Below, piece by piece: positions 19,325-28,819 of a stretch of 64,000 bases of DNA. The notes beneath the pieces were generated by a model that worked only from the letters and a program-made list of their open reading frames with translations, ran no database searches and was not told the DNA's origin. This DNA is from an uncultured Planctomycetales bacterium (GTDB lineage Bacteria > Omnitrophota > Gorgyraeia > Zapsychrales > Fredricksoniimonadaceae), in NCBI GenBank assembly GCA_964483785.1, contig CAZACW010000002.1, positions 16,666 through 80,665 on the forward strand. The letters are read 5' to 3'. Both the position numbers and the translations under genes were made by a program. How positions within the stretch are numbered: the stretch's first letter is position 1; every line of letters starts with the position of its first letter.

Positions 19325-20129
19325 GTTAGACGCCAGGTCCAGGCAGTTGCGCTGGAAAATTGTGGACATATTAAAGGCCAGCCGCGCCGGCCATGTCGGC
19401 GCCGCCTTTTCTTTAGTGGAGATTTTGCGGGTCTTATACGACGATGTTTTGCGTTTCGACCCCCAAGACCCGCATTGGCCCCAGAGGGACCGCTGCATCT
19501 TAAGCAAGGGGCACGGCTGTCTGGCCCTGTATGTGATGCTGGCGGACAAAGGTTTTTTCCCTGAGGCGCATCTGTGGAGATTCACCGCGGCCGACGGCCT
19601 TTTAGGCGGGCACCCGGAACACAAGGTCCCAGGAGTGGAGGCCTCGACCGGCAGTCTCGGTCATGGCTTTTCCATTGGGGTGGGCATGGCCATCAACGCG
19701 CGGTATGAGCAAAGCAGCTCCCGCGTCTTTGTGGTCATCGGCGACGGGGAATCCAACGAAGGCTCGATTTGGGAAGCGGCCCTGTGCTCAGCCAAACATA
19801 AGCTGGACCAGCTGACCGTGATGGTGGACTATAACAAGCACCAATCCTATGGTCCGACCAAGGAGGTCCTGGACATGGAACCTTTTGCGGATAAATGGCG
19901 GGCCTTTGGCTTCGCTGTCCGGGAATGCGACGGGCATGATGTGGAGGCGCTTAAACGCACTTTGGAGGCGCTTCCTTTTGAGCCGGGCAAGCCCAATGCC
20001 GTTATCTGCCATACGGTCAAGGGCAAGGGTGTCAGTTATGTGGAAAATAATTTGAAATGGCATCACCGCAGTAAAATGACCGACGAGGAGATCGACGGTT
20101 TGTTTAAGGCCTTGGAGGCCGAGGTTTAA
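19314..20129 (+). CDS. Transketolase, N-terminal (TPP-binding) subunit
   Basis: GHxGxxxS-like region and the GDGE TPP motif (VVIGDGESNEG). Confidence 0.85.
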   Translation: MPTKLDARSRQLRWKIVDILKASRAGHVGAAFSLVEILRVLYDDVLRFDPQDPHWPQRDRCILSKGHGCLALYVMLADKGFFPEAHLWRFTAADGLLGGHPEHKVPGVEASTGSLGHGFSIGVGMAINARYEQSSSRVFVVIGDGESNEGSIWEAALCSAKHKLDQLTVMVDYNKHQSYGPTKEVLDMEPFADKWRAFGFAVRECDGHDVEALKRTLEALPFEPGKPNAVICHTVKGKGVSYVENNLKWHHRSKMTDEEIDGLFKALEAEV

Positions 20130-20132
20130 GTC

Positions 20133-21071
20133 ATGCGCAAAACAGCGTTAGACCAGGTTTATGCATTGGCCCGCCAGGATGGGCGCATTTTTTTCATCGG
20201 CTCAGATTTGGGCTGCGGCACCCTGCAGAAATTTAAGGAAGAGATGCCGGGGCGTTTTTTGATGGAGGGTGTGAGCGAAGCCATGTGGGCCGCGCTGGCT
20301 GCCGGATTGGCCTTGGAAGGTAGGTTTGTATATCTACACACCATCGCCAGCGTTTTTAGCCGCCCCTGTTTTGTGCGAATTGGCCTGGAGCTGGCCCTGC
20401 ACAGGGCCAGGGTCCGTTTGATCGCCAAGGGCGGGGGGCTGGTGTACGCGCCGCTGGGGCCCACCCATTTGGCCATCGATGATCTGGCCATTTTGCGCGC
20501 GGTGCCGGGCATGGCCGTGGCAGCGCCCTGCGATGCTGATGAGATGAAGCGGCTGATGCCTCTGACCGTGGAACATCCAGGGCCGGTGTACATCCGCCTG
20601 GCCAAGGGAGGGGACATCATTGTTTCTTCAGACCGCGTGCCTTTGCAATTCGGCAAGGCCCTTGCAGTGCGCGAAGGCAGGGACGCCTTGATCGTGACCA
20701 CGGGCGTCACCCTGCAGATGGCTTTAAAGGCGGCGGATGTGCTGGCCAACGAGGGCCTGGAAGTGGGAGTACTGCATATGCCCTTTATCAAGCCCTTTGA
20801 TCAAGAGGCCTTGCTGCGTTTTGCAGAACAAACTTCCAATATCATCACCGTGGAAGAACATCTGGTGACCGGCGGCCTGGGCAGTGCCGTGGCCGAGGTG
20901 CTGATGGAAGCCAATTTCGATGCGCCGAAAAATTTCCGCCGCATCGGCATTCCCGACGCCTTTGCCGAAAGTTACGGGAACCAGCAGGCCCTGATGGCCC
21001 GGTACGGGATCACGGCCGAAAACATTTGTGCGGTTGTCAAACATTTGCGTCATCTGAAAATGGCGGTATAA
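20133..21071 (+). CDS. Transketolase, C-terminal (pyrimidine-binding) subunit
   Basis: Typical split-Tkt partner of 312 aa, starting 4 nt after the N-terminal subunit. Confidence 0.85.
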   Translation: MRKTALDQVYALARQDGRIFFIGSDLGCGTLQKFKEEMPGRFLMEGVSEAMWAALAAGLALEGRFVYLHTIASVFSRPCFVRIGLELALHRARVRLIAKGGGLVYAPLGPTHLAIDDLAILRAVPGMAVAAPCDADEMKRLMPLTVEHPGPVYIRLAKGGDIIVSSDRVPLQFGKALAVREGRDALIVTTGVTLQMALKAADVLANEGLEVGVLHMPFIKPFDQEALLRFAEQTSNIITVEEHLVTGGLGSAVAEVLMEANFDAPKNFRRIGIPDAFAESYGNQQALMARYGITAENICAVVKHLRHLKMAV

Positions 21072-21084
21072 GTCAACATAGGTT

Positions 21085-21141
21085 CCACCACAACCCCCGG
21101 GGTTGTGGTGGTAACCATCACAACCCCGGGGGTTGTGATGG
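21085..21141. repeat. Tandem pair of the 27-nt near-palindrome (copy 3 variant CCACCACAACCCCCGGGGTTGTGGTGG, copy 4 canonical). It is followed by the CATATTCTTGCATTCC motif.
   Basis: Direct sequence match. The variant copy carries compensating changes on both arms (T to C paired with A to G), so pairing is preserved. Confidence 0.9.
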
Positions 21142-21212
21142 TCACATATTCTTGCATTCCTTGAAGAATAGGGAATATGTCGAACAAGCAACAGTTTCTC
21201 AAGGAGGTTGAG

Positions 21213-21875
21213 ATGGGCCGGATGCTGGAATTTTTTACACCCTTGCACAAAAGGACCAAGCGCAATTATATCGAGCGCATGATGAACAAAAAGGTCGAGT
21301 GCATGAACAAGGCATGTGAGTATGAATTCGATTATTGGGACGGGGACCGCAGCTGCGGTTACGGCGGCTATAAATACGACGGCCGCTGGAAACCCGTGGC
21401 CCAAAAATTGATCGACACCTACGGGATCAAGGACGGTTTCAAGATCCTGGACGTGGGCTGCGGCAAGGCGCATTTGTTGTACGAGATCAAGCAATTGCTG
21501 CCGAAGGTCGAGGTGACCGGCATCGATATTTCCAGGCACGGGTTGAGCGATGCGCCGGAGGCCGTCCGCCCGTTTTTGGTCCGGCACCGGGCCCAGGACC
21601 CCTATCCCTGGGGCAATCAGCATTTTGACCTGGTGATCAGCCTGGGTACTTTACACAATCTGCACATTTACGAATTGGAAACAGCGCTCAAGGAAATCGA
21701 GCGCGTGGGCAAGGCAAAATACATCATGGTGGAAGGCTACCGCAACAAGGAAGAACTTTTTAATTTGGAATGCTGGGCCTTGACCGCGGTGTCCTTTTAT
21801 GAGCCGCAGGCCTGGATCTGGCTGTACCGCCATTTCGGCTACAGCGGCGATTACGAATTCATTTATTTTGAATAA
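21213..21875 (+). CDS. Class I SAM-dependent methyltransferase
   Basis: VLDVGCGKA glycine-rich SAM motif. A strong SD (AAGGAGG) lies 5 nt before this ATG. The ORF track's 21177 start runs into the repeat. Confidence 0.7.
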   Translation: MGRMLEFFTPLHKRTKRNYIERMMNKKVECMNKACEYEFDYWDGDRSCGYGGYKYDGRWKPVAQKLIDTYGIKDGFKILDVGCGKAHLLYEIKQLLPKVEVTGIDISRHGLSDAPEAVRPFLVRHRAQDPYPWGNQHFDLVISLGTLHNLHIYELETALKEIERVGKAKYIMVEGYRNKEELFNLECWALTAVSFYEPQAWIWLYRHFGYSGDYEFIYFE

Positions 21876-21884
21876 GAGGAGATT

Positions 21885-22922
21885 ATGAAAGCAGCGATTT
21901 TAGCGGAATTGAACAAACCCCTGGTGCTGGCGGACATTGCCCTGCCGCAGCGGCTGGCTTTCGGCCAGGTCCGGGTGAAAATTTTTTACAGCGGCATCTG
22001 CGGGGCCCAGCTCAATGAGATCGAGGGGGCCAAGGGCCCGGACAAATTCCTGCCGCATCTCTTGGGCCACGAAGGCTCAGGGACCGTCGTGGACGTGGGG
22101 CCGGGCGTCAAGACGGTCAAGAAGGACGATCATGTGGTCCTGCACTGGCGCCCCAGCAACGGCATCCAGTCCGAGACGCCCGCCTATGACTGGCAGGGCC
22201 GCAAGGTCAACGCGGGCTGGGTCACCACCTTCAACGAAGAGGCCGTGATTTCCGAAAACCGCCTGACACCTATTCCTAAGGACTTTGATCTGCGCTTAGC
22301 ACCCCTGTTCGGCTGTGCGGTGACCACGGCCATGGGCGTTGTCAATAATGACGCGCGCCTCAAGATCGGACAGTCCGTCGTGATTTTTGGCGCCGGCGGG
22401 GTGGGGCTGAACATCGTGCAGGCCGCGGCCATGGTTTCAGCCCATCCCATCGTGGCCATTGATCTGTTCGATGAAAAATTGGACATGGCCAAAAAATTCG
22501 GCGCCACCCATGTGCTGAATTCCAAAAAAACGCCTGGGGTGGCTTCCTGGGTCGCGCAGTACATCCCCAAGGGCCTGGCGGACGTGGTGATCTACACCAC
22601 CGGCAATGCCCGCGTGATCGAGCTGGCCTATGAGCTCACCCATCCCGACGGGAAGACCATCCTGGTGGGCGTGCCGCTCAAGGGGGAAAATATTTCCATT
22701 TATTCCCTGCCCCTGCATTTTAACAAGGTGCTCAAAGGCTCGCACGGCGGCAGCAGCGAACCTCATTTGGACATTCCGCGCTATGTGGCCCTGTGCCAGT
22801 CAGGGAAGATGACCCTGGAAGGCCTGGTGACGGATGAATTTCCCTTGTCCAAGATCAATGAGGCCCTGGATAAGGTGCGCAGCGGCCAGAGCGGGCGGGT
22901 GATCATCAATATGAAGGCCTGA
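21885..22922 (+). CDS. Zinc-dependent alcohol/polyol dehydrogenase (MDR family)
   Basis: GHEGSG zinc-ligand motif and the GAGGVG Rossmann motif. Confidence 0.8.
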   Translation: MKAAILAELNKPLVLADIALPQRLAFGQVRVKIFYSGICGAQLNEIEGAKGPDKFLPHLLGHEGSGTVVDVGPGVKTVKKDDHVVLHWRPSNGIQSETPAYDWQGRKVNAGWVTTFNEEAVISENRLTPIPKDFDLRLAPLFGCAVTTAMGVVNNDARLKIGQSVVIFGAGGVGLNIVQAAAMVSAHPIVAIDLFDEKLDMAKKFGATHVLNSKKTPGVASWVAQYIPKGLADVVIYTTGNARVIELAYELTHPDGKTILVGVPLKGENISIYSLPLHFNKVLKGSHGGSSEPHLDIPRYVALCQSGKMTLEGLVTDEFPLSKINEALDKVRSGQSGRVIINMKA

Positions 22923-22935
22923 CAAAGAACACAAG

Positions 22936-24054
22936 ATGAAAACCGAACAAGTCCAACACAAAATGCATGTACGCTTTCGGGACCTGGGCATCAAAGACCC
23001 TGGGCTTACAAAAGAATTACTGCAGGCTGTTGAGCAGGTCCTGACCCACGGACGTTTTATTCTGGGGCCGGAAGTGGAAATTTTTGAAAACCAGATCGCG
23101 GCCTGGTGCCAGCGCAAATACGCGGTGGGCATGAATTCAGGGACAGATGCGCTTTACCTGGCCCTGCGGGCCTTGGGGATCGGCCCAGGGGATGAAGTGA
23201 TCACAACGCCTTTGTCCTGGATCGCCACTGTGAATGCCATTGTCCTGACCGGCGCCACACCGGTTTTTGTGGATATTGCCGAAGACCTAAACATCGACGC
23301 CGGTCTGATTGAAGAAGCGGTCACGCCCAAAACAAAGGCGATTGTGCCGGTGCATTTCACCGGCAGGATCTGCGATATGCCGCGTATTATGGGCATTGCC
23401 AAACGCCGCAAGCTCTATGTTGTGGAAGACGCGGCCCAGGCCTTTGGGGCCAGCATTCCGGAAGGGCCGGCAGGTTCGTTCGGGGACATCAGTTGTTTCA
23501 GCATCAATCCCATGAAGGTCTTGTGCGCCTACGGCGAGGCCGGGGCTGTGGTGACGGACGACGCGCAATTAAGGGACAAGCTTTCTTCCTTGCGTTACGC
23601 GGGGACGGTCAACCGGGAAGACTGCCATATGCCAAGCTTAAACGGCCGCATCGATACCATCCAGGCAGCCATGATTTCCATTAACCTGAAATATTTAAAA
23701 GACAAGATCAAACGGCGCCAGGACATAGCGCGGCGTTACGATGCCGCGCTTCAAAAGACGGTCATCTGCCCTGCGCCTTCCCCAGGCTGTCACATTTATT
23801 ATTCCTACAGCATTTTGAGCGGGCGCCGTGATGAACTTAAGCAGTACCTGCAAAACCACGGCATTGAAACCAAGATCCAGCACCCGATCCTGATGCCGTA
23901 TCACACGGCGTACCGGGGGAAATTTCCGGCGAAGATCCCGGCGGCTGAGCGCCTGGTGCAGAAATTGCTGTGTCTGCCCAATGATGAGGGCTTGTCCAAT
24001 GCGCAGGTTGATTATGTCATTGACCGCATCCAGGAATTCTATAAGGTGAATTGA
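22936..24054 (+). CDS. DegT/DnrJ/EryC1/StrS-family sugar aminotransferase (third paralogue)
   Basis: GIGPGDEVITT motif and the family architecture. The product is 372 aa. Confidence 0.85.
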   Translation: MKTEQVQHKMHVRFRDLGIKDPGLTKELLQAVEQVLTHGRFILGPEVEIFENQIAAWCQRKYAVGMNSGTDALYLALRALGIGPGDEVITTPLSWIATVNAIVLTGATPVFVDIAEDLNIDAGLIEEAVTPKTKAIVPVHFTGRICDMPRIMGIAKRRKLYVVEDAAQAFGASIPEGPAGSFGDISCFSINPMKVLCAYGEAGAVVTDDAQLRDKLSSLRYAGTVNREDCHMPSLNGRIDTIQAAMISINLKYLKDKIKRRQDIARRYDAALQKTVICPAPSPGCHIYYSYSILSGRRDELKQYLQNHGIETKIQHPILMPYHTAYRGKFPAKIPAAERLVQKLLCLPNDEGLSNAQVDYVIDRIQEFYKVN

Positions 24055-24585
24055 ATGAAGATCAAGCCGTTTAACGAAGAGGTGTTTTACACCGACGAGG
24101 AAGTGACCAAGGTCAACCAGCAGGACGTGGCCTGGCTTAAAAGCAAGGCCCTGGCCAATCCGCGCCGCCGGGCGCGGCTCTGCGCCCATCCCGGCATCCA
24201 GGATGTCTTGCATGAGATGCTGATCGTCCATGTCCGGGACGCCTATGTCCAGCCGCACAAGCACCCTCACAAAAGCGAGTCCTTTCACATCATCGAAGGC
24301 CGCTTGAAGGTCGTTATTTTCAGCGAGTCCGGCAAGATCACGGAAATCATCGAGATGGGTGAGTATCTTTCGGGCCTGCGTTTCTATTACCGTCTGGCCC
24401 GCGGCCTTTTTCATACCGTTGTCCCTGCCTCCGAGACCGTGGTTTATCATGAAGTCACCAACGGCCCGTTTGACAGGGCAGACACCGTGTTTGCCGGCTG
24501 GGCGCCGGCGGAAAATGAAATCCAGGCCCAGGCCGGATTTTTGAAGGATTTAAAGCAGAAAGCAACGATGGGAGCAAACGTATGA
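24055..24585 (+). CDS. WbuC-family cupin-fold metalloprotein
   Basis: The N-terminal pattern SKALANPRRRARLCAHP...HEMLIVH..YVQPHKH matches the WbuC signature. Confidence 0.7.
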   Translation: MKIKPFNEEVFYTDEEVTKVNQQDVAWLKSKALANPRRRARLCAHPGIQDVLHEMLIVHVRDAYVQPHKHPHKSESFHIIEGRLKVVIFSESGKITEIIEMGEYLSGLRFYYRLARGLFHTVVPASETVVYHEVTNGPFDRADTVFAGWAPAENEIQAQAGFLKDLKQKATMGANV

Positions 24586-25835
24586 GCCAAGCCTATAAAC
24601 GCAGCACCTGCCGCCTGTGCGGCAAGCATGATTTTGAGAAAGTCCTGGAATTGACCCCCACGCCGCCGGCGGATGAATATGTTGCTAAAGAGCGGCTGAA
24701 CAAAATCCAGAAAACCTATCCCATTGACCTTTATCTCTGCCGTTCTTGCGGGGTCACCCAGCTTTTGGATGTGATCGATACCGACGAGGTGTACCTGAAT
24801 TATACCTATGAAACGGTGAGCTCCTTCGGCCTGGTCAAGCATTTTGAAGACTATGCCAGAGAAGTGATGGACAAATTCAAGCCGAAATTAGGCGGCCTGG
24901 TCCTGGATATCGGCAGCAACGACGGGTCTTTGTTGAAATATTTCAAGGACTTAGGGATGAAAATCCTCGGCATTGACCCTACACCTTCGATCGTCCAAAA
25001 AGCCAATGCCAACGGGATCCCGACCCTCGAAGCTTTTTTCAGCGAGGCCTATGCCCATCAGTTCAAGAAGGAGCACGGCAGCGCGGCGGTGATCACCTGC
25101 AACAACCTGGTTGCGGACATTGACAATTTAATGGATTTGATCAAAGGGGTCCGCGCCTTGATGGCCCCGGATTCCATTTTCGTTTTTGAAAGTTTTTATC
25201 TGGTGGACCAAATCCAGAACTTAGTCTGGGATTTTACCTATCACGAGCATTTTTCTTATTTTACGGTCAAGCCCCTGCAGTCCTTTTTCGCGGCCCAGGG
25301 CATGGAATTGATCGATGCCCAGCGCGTGTGGACCAAGGGCGGGTCAGTGCGCTATACCATCCAGCTTAAAGGCGGCCCCCGCAAGGCCTTGCCCAGCGTC
25401 GAAGAGTTGATTCAATATGAAGCCGGCATCGGCGCCCAAACGCCGGAGATTTTCAAAGAGTATAGGCAGAGGATTGAAAAGGCCAAACAGGAGCTGACTG
25501 CTCTGCTTAAGGACCTTAAAGCCAGGAAGAAAACCTTTGCCGGGTTCGGGGCCTCGGCCACGTCCACGACCTTGATCCACCACTATGATTTGGGGGACAA
25601 GATTGATTTCATCGCCGATGATTTCAAGGCCAAACAGAACCTTTTCAGCCCGGGTTTCCATATCCCGGTCTATCATCCGGACGAGATCTACAAAAGAAAA
25701 CCCGATTACATCATCATGCTGGCCTGGCGGTATTACGAGCCGATCATGAAAAACCACCAGCGTTATTTAGAGGACGGGGGCCAGTTTATCATCCCCTTGC
25801 CACGGCTTAAGGTCATATCCAAGGAGACAAAATGA
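24582..25835 (+). CDS. Sugar C-methyltransferase (TylC3/NovU-like) with an N-terminal zinc ribbon
   Basis: CRLCG...CRSCG zinc-binding pairs are followed by a SAM methyltransferase core (VLDIGSNDG) and a C-methyltransferase C-terminal region. Confidence 0.7.
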   Translation: MSQAYKRSTCRLCGKHDFEKVLELTPTPPADEYVAKERLNKIQKTYPIDLYLCRSCGVTQLLDVIDTDEVYLNYTYETVSSFGLVKHFEDYAREVMDKFKPKLGGLVLDIGSNDGSLLKYFKDLGMKILGIDPTPSIVQKANANGIPTLEAFFSEAYAHQFKKEHGSAAVITCNNLVADIDNLMDLIKGVRALMAPDSIFVFESFYLVDQIQNLVWDFTYHEHFSYFTVKPLQSFFAAQGMELIDAQRVWTKGGSVRYTIQLKGGPRKALPSVEELIQYEAGIGAQTPEIFKEYRQRIEKAKQELTALLKDLKARKKTFAGFGASATSTTLIHHYDLGDKIDFIADDFKAKQNLFSPGFHIPVYHPDEIYKRKPDYIIMLAWRYYEPIMKNHQRYLEDGGQFIIPLPRLKVISKETK

Positions 25836-26836
25836 GCTTACCGAATAGACCCCTGCGGGGACAGGAGGCCGTCCGCTACCTCGAGCAAAAATTAAAGTTT
25901 TCGCATGAGGAGCTGACCGCCTATCCCAAGTACATCATGATCGAAACCGTCAATTTCTGCAACGCGGAATGCATCATGTGCGGGATCGATTTTGACAAGA
26001 AGGTCAAGTCCGTGATGAAGGACGAACTTTATAACAAAATTTTAAACGATATTGTCGAACATAAGGACCAGATCGAGAAGGTCATGCTGTATCTGGACTG
26101 CGAACCCCTTTTGGACAAGAAATTGCCCGGCCGCATCGCCCTGATGAAACAGGGGGGGGTCAAAAAAATCAACATTTCCACCAACGCCGCCCTGCTGGAT
26201 GAGAAAAGGGGGACAGCCATCATCAACGCGGGCCTGGATGAGATCTACATCAACCTGGATTCCCTGCACAAGGACAGGTTTGAGGCCATCCGCAAGGGGC
26301 TGAAATTCGAGGAGGTGCACCAGAATATCCTCAATTTTATCCCGTTAAGGAACCGGCTTAACCCTAATATGGTGATCCGCATCCAGATGATTTTGCAGGA
26401 GATGAATGCCGACGAGGGGGACGCCTGCCTCGCGTATTGGAAACCGAAATTAAACCCTCAGGACCAGATCATCGTGCAAAAGGCCCATAACTGGGCGCGT
26501 TTTGTCAACACCAAGAGTTTCGGGGATGAATTCACCATCAACAATATCCCCTGCATCGGGCCTTTCGGGACTTTTTGCATCCATGTGGACGGGACTGTGG
26601 GGCTGTGCAGCATGGACACCGAGCCCAAGGGGGCCACAGGCGAGGGCATCGGCAGTGTCGCCGAGAAAACGATCGCACAGGTCTGGACAGGTGAGCCGGT
26701 CCAAAGGGTGAGGCAGGTCCATATCGCGGGCGAGCGCTGCGGGATTAAATTATGCGACGGCTGCACCTTGTGGCGGGAGGACAAGCATATCCTCGAGGAC
26801 ATTGTCAAGCCGCAAAGCTTGTGCCAACAGCCTTAA
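25832..26836 (+). CDS. Radical-SAM enzyme with a C-terminal SPASM/twitch cysteine-rich domain
   Basis: The CNAECIMC motif is a CxxxCxxC cluster. Additional Cys clusters follow near the C-terminus (CIGPFGTFCIH...CSMD...CGIKLCDGC). Confidence 0.7.
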   Translation: MSLPNRPLRGQEAVRYLEQKLKFSHEELTAYPKYIMIETVNFCNAECIMCGIDFDKKVKSVMKDELYNKILNDIVEHKDQIEKVMLYLDCEPLLDKKLPGRIALMKQGGVKKINISTNAALLDEKRGTAIINAGLDEIYINLDSLHKDRFEAIRKGLKFEEVHQNILNFIPLRNRLNPNMVIRIQMILQEMNADEGDACLAYWKPKLNPQDQIIVQKAHNWARFVNTKSFGDEFTINNIPCIGPFGTFCIHVDGTVGLCSMDTEPKGATGEGIGSVAEKTIAQVWTGEPVQRVRQVHIAGERCGIKLCDGCTLWREDKHILEDIVKPQSLCQQP

Positions 26837-26841
26837 AAAAT

Positions 26842-27645
26842 ATGATGAACAAAGAACATGTGCTGATGATCGGCGCCAGTAAGGGCAGCGGGCGCATCAG
26901 CGCGCAAACGCTGGCCCAGGCAGGTTATCAGGTGTCTGTGATCAGCCGCAGGCCGCCGCAGGAAAAAATCGACGGTGCCCGGCATTGGTCTGCGGACATC
27001 ACCAAGCCCGCCCTTTTTGCGGAAACGCTTGAGGCCATTGTCCGCCAGGCAGGGCCGTTGCATCATCTGATTTTTTGCCATCAATTCAGGGGCGAAGGCG
27101 ATGCCTGGGCAGGGCAGATTGAAACCAGTTTGACCGCAGTCAAGCGCGTGATCGAATCTGCCGTGGATCATTTCGCGCCGGCCAGGGGCGGCAGTACCAT
27201 TGTCATCGTCAGCTCCATCTGCGGCCGCTTGATCGCCGTGGAACAGCCGGTGGGCTATCATGTGGCCAAGGCAGGATTGGAACAGATGGTGCGCTATTAC
27301 GCCATGGCCCTGGGCCGCAAAGGGATCAGGGTCAATGCCGTTGCCCCGAACTCGGTGTTGAAGGCGGAAAACCGGGATTTTTACAAGCGCAACAAGGAAC
27401 TTTATGATCTGTACGCTAAAATCCTGCCCTTGGGCAGGATGGTGAGTTCGGAAGATGTGGCGGGCGCGATCGCCTTTTTGTGCGGCCCCCCGTCGAGCGG
27501 CATCACCGGCCAGACCCTGGTCATCGACGGAGGGATGTCCCTGCAGGACCATGAGGGCATGGCGCGATCGCTTATGTCCTTAGACCAAATCCAGCTGACT
27601 AAAAAAAACCATAAACCTGTGCATGCCGCGGCCGATGAAAAATAA
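26842..27645 (+). CDS. Short-chain dehydrogenase/reductase (classical SDR)
   Basis: Glycine-rich MIGASKGSG motif and a YxxxK region (YHVAKAG). Confidence 0.7.
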   Translation: MMNKEHVLMIGASKGSGRISAQTLAQAGYQVSVISRRPPQEKIDGARHWSADITKPALFAETLEAIVRQAGPLHHLIFCHQFRGEGDAWAGQIETSLTAVKRVIESAVDHFAPARGGSTIVIVSSICGRLIAVEQPVGYHVAKAGLEQMVRYYAMALGRKGIRVNAVAPNSVLKAENRDFYKRNKELYDLYAKILPLGRMVSSEDVAGAIAFLCGPPSSGITGQTLVIDGGMSLQDHEGMARSLMSLDQIQLTKKNHKPVHAAADEK

Positions 27646-28819
27646 ATTAATGCCCATCCTGGAATACTATCAAAGCCGGCAGATCAATCCGGTGCCTATC
27701 GGCATTGAAGATCCCAAAACATGGGAAACCCATTGCATCAGGCGCCAAAATCTTTATGAGAGGCATTTGAAAATTCCTATTCCGATGTTCCGCGGCCGTT
27801 CGGTGATCGAGTTCGGGTGCAATTCCGGCGAGAATGCTTTATACCTGGCCTCCGCAGGCGCCCTGCTGACCCTGGTGGAGCCCAATGAGCAGGTGCTGCC
27901 GCGTTTGCGCGCTTTATTCGAGCGTTTTCATCTGCAGGGGCAGATCAAGGCCCTGGCTGCCACGGACATCGCGGCCTTCAAGCCGCAGGAACAATACGAT
28001 ATCATGCTCGCCGAAGGTTTTCTGACCATGATCCCTGACCGCGGCCGGATGTTGTTGAAAATCTGCTCCCTGCTTAAGCCCGGAGGTTTCGGCGTGATTT
28101 CCTTCGATGACCGCTACGGAGAGATGTTTGAGATCATCCGGCAGACGGTGTTTCGCCGGGTCTGCCGCGCCAGAGGCCTTGCTGACCTGCATAGCGCAGA
28201 GGCTCTGGCCGCGGCCAAGGAATTATTCGAAGAGGATTTCACCCGGATCAACAGCTCCCGGCCGTTTAAGGCCTGGTGGCAGGATGTGCTTTTGAATCCC
28301 TATGTGTCGTGGGAACATCTGGGGACCTATCATGAATTTGTAGCCTTGCTGCAGGAGGCCGGCTGTGAAGTCCATGCCACCTCGCCGCTTTGGTCCCAGA
28401 TGGACCATGGCTCCTGGTATAAAAATGTGGCGGGCCCTCAGGAAAGGCATCACCGGTTTTTGGAGGATTTTTATAAGGCCTTTCCTTTTTTGCTGACCGG
28501 CCTGCCTTTTTTGGCTGAGCGCATGGAGCCGGCCAAGCCGCAGGAAGTGGAGGCTGTTTCGGATTTCATCAAGGCCCTTTCCGCTTATAATTTTGCGGAC
28601 AGTCCATTTGAGTCCATCGCTTATCCGCCGTTGATGGACCGGTATTTTGCCTCAAGCCCATGCGCGGAATTGAAAAAATTGAATACAGAAATCAAGGCCC
28701 TGCTGTCTTTGTTGGGCCGTGACCCTCAGGCGGCCATCGGCTTTTACAAGCAGACGGAATTTTTGCAACGCGCATGGGGCATGGCCGGCCCCTATATCAG
28801 TTTTAAAAAACTCACATGA
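27623..28819 (+). CDS. Class I SAM-dependent methyltransferase
   Basis: VIEFGCNSGENA motif. Alternative ATG starts lie at 27635 and 27641. Confidence 0.6.
   Translation: MPRPMKNKLMPILEYYQSRQINPVPIGIEDPKTWETHCIRRQNLYERHLKIPIPMFRGRSVIEFGCNSGENALYLASAGALLTLVEPNEQVLPRLRALFERFHLQGQIKALAATDIAAFKPQEQYDIMLAEGFLTMIPDRGRMLLKICSLLKPGGFGVISFDDRYGEMFEIIRQTVFRRVCRARGLADLHSAEALAAAKELFEEDFTRINSSRPFKAWWQDVLLNPYVSWEHLGTYHEFVALLQEAGCEVHATSPLWSQMDHGSWYKNVAGPQERHHRFLEDFYKAFPFLLTGLPFLAERMEPAKPQEVEAVSDFIKALSAYNFADSPFESIAYPPLMDRYFASSPCAELKKLNTEIKALLSLLGRDPQAAIGFYKQTEFLQRAWGMAGPYISFKKLT

Noticed and set aside
20724-21623. 299-aa minus-strand ORF and small ORFs (21026-21211, 21050-21265) spanning the palindrome pair at 21.1 kb
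   Set aside because: They are antisense to the well-supported transketolase and methyltransferase genes and are held open by the GC-rich repeat. There is no RBS and no recognisable domain.
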